Shown piece by piece: positions 55,400 to 64,000 of a stretch of DNA of 64,000 bases. Under the pieces are notes generated by a model, which was given only the letters and a program-made list of their open reading frames with translations, was not told where the DNA came from and ran no database searches. The stretch's first letter is position 1. Each line of letters starts with the position of its first letter. The stretch covers positions 3,038,001-3,102,000 of the forward strand of contig OX597823.1 in assembly GCA_951406725.2 (NCBI GenBank), given 5' to 3'. The position numbers were made by a program, and so were the translations under genes. The DNA comes from Octopus vulgaris. Taxonomy: Eukaryota.

Positions 55400-56860
55400 T
55401 TTACCGGTTGGTGTTTGGCAACGGTTATTCTCATTGGAAAATCGATAATTTTTGTGGATGAACATAGCCTACCCATCATATAACCAGTATCTGTAGCCCC
55501 CTTAAGGGACCAGTCCTCAGACAGATAATGATCTCAATATTATTACTGATATATTAAAGATTGCGGAAATGGTTTTCTCAATATTTTATAATTCTATGCA
55601 TAAAACAGTGTGGAAACTTTCTTGACCATTTTTCTGGACATTTTGAATACTTGGGATATATTCCCATTTTCGATCAGGCTTGGGATATATTTCCATTTTC
55701 GATCGGGCACCTGTTCACCATGGGGTCAAAGTTTCCATTTAAGATGTTTACAATCGTAGTTTGAAACGTCTGACGATGTCGTCCCTCGTACTTTATTCCA
55801 TAAAAGAATGCTTCCCGGGTATTCGCACAGAAATAACAAACAATCCTGCAGGTGTTACAAAAGCCACAAAGATATTCTCGGAAAAATGATATTGGGTACC
55901 AAAACTCTGAAGAAAAGCTGGATAATATTATAACCTTATTAGGAACATTTGACTTCGTTGTTTGGTTCATTAGATCCCCCAATGAACCAGACAAGTTCTC
56001 ATTGTTGAAATTACAAATGGTCTTATAATGTGTTTGTATGTATGGGCGACTGCTGCTTTCTATAAACAACTTTTCCCGGACTCGTGCCTCGGAGGGGAAC
56101 TCCCTCGGTACAATCTCATGGTCATTCATGACCGAAGGGGGTCTTCGTAATATGGGGAAGATCTTTTTTTTCTTACATAAATCTTTTTCTGGTGGACGCA
56201 TTTCTAAATGGCTTTTCTCATTTTGAAGTGGCAGTTTTATTTTGAAATTATTAGTCTCACTTTGAAATGACATGTTCTCACTTTCATAAAAGCTGTAATT
56301 TTTCCACGTTTTCACTGTTGTTGTTCACGTAACTAACTGAGTAGCCAAGCGCTTTAGGCTCCAACTATTTTCTATACATTTTGTTAGCGAGAAAAGCAAA
56401 CTGAGGCTTGACTCCGAGACTGCTGCTCAGTAAACAATCACTTAATAACAAAGTATTGACGATGATACAGTGAATTGTGAATAGATTAAATATTTCCTTT
56501 CTCCTGTAAGATAGTGGACGACCTGAGCGATTAGTCATAGACACTGCTCCACCAGTCACACACAATCAAGGAAATATTGTTCTTTTCAATAGAAATTTCT
56601 GATATTTGAAAAATTGCCTGTCCTTCTAAATCTCTTTTCAATGATTTACAGAAAAGCATTTCTTGATAGATTTTCCTTCCTTTGAAATAAAAACCATGAA
56701 CAATTCACGGTTTTTATTTTAAAGAAAGCCTCGTTACTTCATTGATTGATTGAGCTGTATATCTTCCTCGTCTTTTCGACTTCCATAAACAATTGATTTT
56801 TCTTTAATTTCGTTAAGATGAGGTATTTTATTATTGAAAGAAGACCATTTTATATCTATT
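55400..56860 (-). pseudogene. Decayed long ORF of unknown (possibly viral) origin
   Basis: 213-aa ORF 55674-56315 is ended by a 29-bp tandem duplication (~55650-55708); the frame continues on both sides with stops; no intron signatures. Confidence 0.4.
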
Positions 56861-57278
56861 AATAATTATCGCCAAGCTAATATGGCAGTCCAGAAATGCT
56901 GCCGTTGATTAGTTCCAAGAGGCCATCGCCACAAGCTAGCTATGTGACACACTAACCTGTGTCCATTACAACCTTCGAACAGGGGAGGTCAGCCGCTTCC
57001 CCTTGCTGGTCAGGCATCTGCAGACTAGTAATCTTTCGAACAGACGGTTAGTAGCGACGCCTGCTCTGCATTGATAAGGGGCAAATACCCTGAAACTAGT
57101 CTGCAGATGCCTGACCAGCAAGGGGAAGCGGCTGACCTCCCCTGTTCCAAGGTTATAATGGACACAGGTTTGTGTGTCACATAGCTAGCTAGAGGCGATG
57201 GCCTCTTGGAACTAATCAACGGCAGCATTCGTACTATATTTCTGGACTGCTATGTTAGCTTGGCGATAACTATTAATA
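56857..57278. mobile_element. ~170-bp inverted repeat (Penelope pLTR-like) with a hammerhead in the spacer/right arm
   Basis: 56857-57029 is the reverse complement of 57095-57278. Confidence 0.8.
57065..57107 (+). ncRNA. Minimal type I hammerhead, U3-A8 core variant
   Basis: TCTGCA-TTGATAA-GGGG-CAAATA-CCCT-GAAA-CTAG-TC-TGCAGA. Confidence 0.7.
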
Positions 57279-58037
57279 TCCAGCACCGCTGCCGTAGTCT
57301 CCTTTAGAGAGACTTAGAAATATTAATATTTCCATTTTATATCTTTTTTAACTTAACTAATTTAAGGACCGCGCAGTAAATATTTCGGAAACTGCGTTTC
57401 ATTAGTGTCCCTCCAGTTGTGTTATTAGCTATTAGTTACACCTTGTAAGAGACAGATACCAAGTATTGGTTTGTCCCTTTTTTGACACCAACCTAACCGA
57501 GACCAACCCTGCTTCTCTGATACAAACTTCCTGTTTTAAGGTCATTCAAATTTAAACACCAGCTCAGCAATGACAAGCTTATTTCATTAAATTCTTCATT
57601 TTTTTCAAAATTAATTGAAACTAAGGTAATTTACTGACATAACAAGGAATATGGTAACACAAGGATTAAATATAGAGAGTCTAAGACGCCTTTCAAAAGC
57701 CCGTGGTGGGTGGAGGCGCTTCCTTTTTTAGATGTACTCTTTTAGACGCGATGGTTTTATGGCATCATTGGAGATTTTCACAGACAAGACTCTCAGATCA
57801 CCAATGATCTGAACAAGTGAGATCAATAAATCTATATTGAAAGTATTTTTGGTGGATGGGGGGAGGGGTCAATGGTTTTCTTGTTAGGACTATTTCAACA
57901 GTTTTCGCTCTTGGCTGATTGATCAAAACGGCAAGAAACAACGGAAAATGTTGAAAGAAACGACTTTAAACGATATTAAAATAGCATTGAATAAAAAAAA
58001 ATCGCTTAAACATCATACATTCATACATGTGTGTCTA

Positions 58038-58070
<33 letters not shown>

Positions 58071-58117
58071 ATGTATGTATGTATGTATGTATGTATGTAT
58101 GTATGTATGTATGTATG

Positions 58118-58160
<43 letters not shown>

Positions 58161-58167
58161 ATGAATG

Positions 58168-58510
58168 CGCAGGAGTGGATGTGTGGTAAGTAGCTTGCTT
58201 ACCAACCACATGGTTCCGGGTTCACTACCACTGCGTGGCACCTTGGGCAAGTGACTTCTCCTATAGCCTCAAACCGACCAAAGCCGTGTGAGTGGATTTG
58301 TCCCCCGTGTGCCTGTATTTGTCCCCCCCCATCATCGCTTGACAGCCGATATTGGTGTGTTTACGTCCTCGTAACTTAGCGATTCGGCAAAAGTGACCGA
58401 TAGAATAAGTACTAGGCTTACAAAGAATAAGTCCTGGGGTCGATTTGTTTGAGTAAAGGCGGTGCTCCAGCATGGCCACAGTCTGAAACAAATAAAAGAA
58501 TAAAAGAAAG
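58168..58510 (+). mobile_element. SINE family B (internally deleted)
   Basis: Head and tail as in 18083-18467. Confidence 0.88.
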
Positions 58511-58513
58511 TAT

Positions 58514-59908
<1,395 letters not shown>

Positions 59909-59940
59909 GTTTCAGCTACGATATATGCTGGGGCACCGCC

Positions 59941-59979
<39 letters not shown>

Positions 59980-60209
59980 ACTATATATGCATATATGTAT
60001 GTATGTATAATATATATAAATAGATGAGTGTATTTTTCCCTTGTTAACAATTAACACGAAAAAATATATAAAATAGTTACCAGGGTAGCAAAAAATCACA
60101 CAAGTAAAGAGGTTGTAACTCCTGGTTTTTAAAGGTAGGAACTTCTGGTTTACGTGGAATTTTTTGTATAATATATAAATAGATAAATGGAGTTTATACA
60201 TAATATATG

Positions 60210-60270
<61 letters not shown>

Positions 60271-60272
<2 letters not shown>

Positions 60273-61591
60273 TCTGCAATTCCTTGTACATCGGCCAAAC
60301 GGGACGCCGCTTGGCTGACCGGTTCGCGGAACACCTTCGTGACATCCACCTTGCGAACGACACACCGGTCTCACGCCATTTCCGCTCCACCGGTCACTCC
60401 TTGCAACACCTATCTGTGTTCGGTTTGTCCTTACACAGAGGCCATCCGGATTCCCGTTTGCGCCGTGAACAGGAATTAATCTTCTCTCTTCGCTCTTATA
60501 CGCCATTTGGTCTCAACTCTCCCCCCTCCTCATCTAACCCCCTCTCCCCCTCCTCACCTATCCTTTCCCCCCCCGACCCCTACTTCTTCAGTCCTTCATC
60601 CTTTCACCCCTACTCCCCTTCCCTTCTTCCCTCTTTCTCCCTCCCTCCTTCCCTCTTCCCTTCCCTCTGCTCCCTCACTCCCTCACTCCCCTTCTCTCTC
60701 CCCCTCTCCCTCTTTCCTCCTTCCTCCCCCCTCCTCCCCTTCCTTCTCCCCCTCCTCTCTCTCCCCCATCCTCTCCCCTTCCCCCTCTCCTCCCTCCTCT
60801 CATCCCCCTCTCATCCCCCTCTCATCCCCTCTTCTTCCCCTCCCCTTCTCTCCCCTCCCCTTCTCCCCTTCTCCCCCTCTTCTCCTCACTACACCACACG
60901 ACTTTACACATCACATCATATAAGATGTGCCATACTAATACATACACCAACTAATACATACTAATACGTACTAATACATACTAATACATACACCAACCCT
61001 ATACATACACACGTCCAGACCCCTCATACGCACTTATACTCTCTCATACACACACACACACACACACTTATACATACTAATACGTACTAATACATACTAA
61101 TACATACTAATACATACACCAACCCCATACTTACGCACGTCCAGACCATCCTACGCACTAATACTCTCTCATACACACACACACACACACACACACCCTT
61201 ATACATACTAATACATACACCAACCCTATACATACACACGTCCAGACCCCTCCTACGCACTATTAGCTGGTCCTTCGACCTATTATCAACCCTATTATCA
61301 ACCCTATTATCAATCCTATTATCTCCCCTTATTTCGCTCTCGCGTCTCATGTTTGATCTTTGACCTCTGGCCGAAATCAGATCGCCATGTTGATTCGTTA
61401 GCTACTGCACGCATTTTTTTCTCTCCTTCTTTCTGTGTTTTTTTTCTCTCTGTGTATCTTTCTGTTGAAGAGCGTAGGCTCGAAACGTTAAAGACTTGTT
61501 TTATTTATATTTCCTGAGCGCCATACTAATACAATTGTTCGTTTGTTTTCCACCTGCCTTCGTCTTTTGTCTATTTTCATAAAGCTTCCCG

Positions 61592-61592
<1 letters not shown>
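60271..61592 (+). mobile_element. 5'-truncated Penelope-like element: GIY-YIG C-terminus, polypyrimidine tract, pLTR with hammerhead variant (61457-61494)
   Basis: [18 protein letters not shown]...PVSRHF...RREQELIFSL...P.GLN (60271-60520); (TA)n on both flanks. Confidence 0.88.
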
Positions 61593-61631
<39 letters not shown>

Positions 61632-61635
<4 letters not shown>

Positions 61636-64000
61636 ACAACGAACAAAGTAAAGATGGCAAGGATGGAGGCGCGGGTGCTGATGAAAGATGTCACCCCCAC
61701 TTGGTAAACACACAGGACAGCAACAAAGAAGATTCAGGTGAGAAGTAAACCCAAGTGCAAGTGCTCCTACCAGCACCAAAAGCCAAAGTCAGAACCATGG
61801 AGATGAAAGAGCCAAAAAAGAAATAAAAGAAGGAAAAACTAAAAGAAAAACAAAAGATGAAACAGCCAAAGAAGGAAAAACTAAAACTCAAGCAAAACCA
61901 AAAGATGAAACAGCCAAGGATAGAAGCAAACCTGACTATCCATGTACCAAAAAGGATAGAAAGAGACAGCGCACATGAATGTGTAAATTCTACCTGAAAG
62001 GTGTCTGCTGGCATGGAGAGGAAGGTGCAGGCTGCCGTTTTGCACATCAAAGACCCTGCCACATAAACACGAAACAGGTCAGAAACCAACTACCAAAAGG
62101 AAAACGGAATGGGCCACGCACCACCTGCCCCAAAACGGAGGTACGCAGATGTGGTGCGTGCTACAAACCGCCAACATGTTATTGAAATGGCAGCTGCTGA
62201 ACAAGAATCTTTTTTGTGCATGGCACAAAAGATTGTACAGCAGCTAACCTGGCTCCATCAAACTCAAACTCGCAGATGGGACTATCCACAATACACAAGA
62301 CCGCCACAGCAAATAGACCCAAGGTGGACACCGCCGGCAACAGCATACACATCACCTCGATGCTCCTACTGAACATCAGAGGACTGCTAACACTCAGTAA
62401 TAGGACAAAATCCCGTTCTTGAGAGACTTTGTTGCATGCAATCAAGCCTTATGCATAGCACTTACGGAAACACACCTGAAACCAGACATAGCAGATGCGG
62501 AAATACACATACCACAGTATGTTGTACTACGGACCGACAGAAAAGAAAGGAGTCATGGAGGAGTTGCTATGTACATCCTCAGGACCTCACACCCCAGGTC
62601 CTTTTGTCATACTCAAATTCGGTGTGTGACACACTAATTGTACATATAAGGCAACTTGGTGTAGTTATATGTGCTACATATCGCCCTCCAGATGCCCCAA
62701 GCCATGTAGGCAAGTTTGAAGACTGCCTTATAAAAATAGAAGTTCTAGTCACATTAGAACAACACATAAGTGTACTTCTTATGGGAGACTTCAATCTACC
62801 CAATGTCAGATGGCCCGAGGGCCTTTCTCTCCCAGGAATGACACGATGTGAACGAGGACAGGCGAGGTCCCTCCTGAACCTCATCAACACTCTGTACATG
62901 GAGCAAGTAATACTCCAACCAACCAGGGCAGGTAACATACTGGATCTCTGCTTCACAAATAATATGGATCTCATCCATAATGTGAAAGTGACACCGACAC
63001 TACTCTCGGATCACAACATGGTAGAGCTGACCATGTACGGGCCAAAGGAAAGCATGGACATGCAGCCTACAAGAAACTCTCAGAATCTTTCCAGCTTGAA
63101 CTTCCATAAGGCAAACTGGAAACAAATTGAGAAAGAGATCCTCAAACAAAACTGGCCTGAATGTCTCTCCTCACCAGACATCGACATGAAACTTCAACAA
63201 TTCATGTCTGTAATGCAAGCCATATGCTACAAATGTGTCCCAGAGAGAAAGGCCACTGTACACAAGAGCAAAATCCCCAGAGAGAGGAAAATTCTAATGA
63301 GACGGCGTACAAAAGTTTCAAATCGCCTAAACAAACAAATTGAAAGCAGTGAAAAGTCCCGCCTGAAAATAAAACTGTTGGAAATTGAAAAATGTCTGCA
63401 ACTCTCCCATGAAAAAGAAAGAGCAGACAAAGAAGCCTGGGCTATAGACAACATAAAATCTAACCCCAGAGCTTTCTACAGGTATGCCAAAGAAACAGCT
63501 ACGGTGCACTGTAGGATAGGGCCACTCCTTGAAAAGGATGGCACACTCACAGGAAATCCAATGAGGGTAAGTGAAATACTAAATGAGCAATTCAAGAGTA
63601 TTTTCACTCCACCCCTAGGGCATTTTCAAGTCAGCAATCCAACTGACTTCTTTACCACTGCAGATATAAAATCAGAGGCAGCGATGATTGATTACATCAA
63701 TATAAAGGAAGACGATGTAATAAAGGCTATTGATGAAATGAAAACAAACTCAGCTACTGGCCCCGATGGATTCCCAGCAATCCTTCTAAAAGTATGTAAG
63801 AGAGTCCTAGCAAGACCACTGCAGTTCCTCTTTCAGAGCTTCCTTGCAACTGGCAAACTTCCAAGAAAACTGAAGGAAGGTAAAATATGCCCTATTCATA
63901 AAGGAGGTAGCAGAGCGGAGGCCAAGAACTACAGACCTATCTCTCTGACCTCACACATCAGCAAGGTCATGGAACGAATAGTCAGAAGGAAACTAATCAC
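61632..64000 (+). mobile_element. CR1-group LINE 5' part: ORF1 with CCCH zinc finger; ORF2 APE endonuclease to start of RT (runs off window)
   Basis: CKFYLKGVCWHGEEGAGCRFAH; LLNIRGL, ALTETHL, GGVAMY, YRPP, MGDFN, LDL, SDHN; GPDG, YRPISLTSHISKVMERIV; frameshifts near 62420 and 62578. Confidence 0.92.

Overview
Repeat-saturated, AT-rich eukaryotic DNA, most likely from an octopod cephalopod (Octopus-like); this is inferred from the tRNA-SINE families, the abundant (TA)n/(CA)n/(AAT)n microsatellites and the LINE content. I found no convincing host exon. Most ORFs in the track are microsatellite translations. The window holds: Tc1 (DD34E) and mariner DNA transposons; several non-autonomous Helitrons (5'-TC...hairpin-CTAG-3'); an 8-bp-TSD MITE; CR1-group, RTE and many R4/Dong-type (RLE) LINE fragments; a Penelope-like GIY-YIG remnant; and many SINEs. 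Two signals stand out. (1) About a dozen type-I hammerhead ribozyme motifs can be folded by eye. They include two diverged ~490-bp non-coding units arranged as tandem plus inverted copies in (TA)n (8255-9643, 19836-20937), whose hammerheads show covarying stems and an unusually large (~68 nt) structured stem II. These are candidate retrozyme/circular-RNA elements that could be mobilised by Penelope-like machinery. (2) A decayed, intronless, gene-dense block (~53.3-56.9 kb) contains an Erv1/Alr-like thiol oxidase remnant and weak, collinear RNA polymerase beta'-like motifs, and may be an endogenised large dsDNA virus fragment (hypothesis only). All alignments and folds were done by eye; no searches were run.
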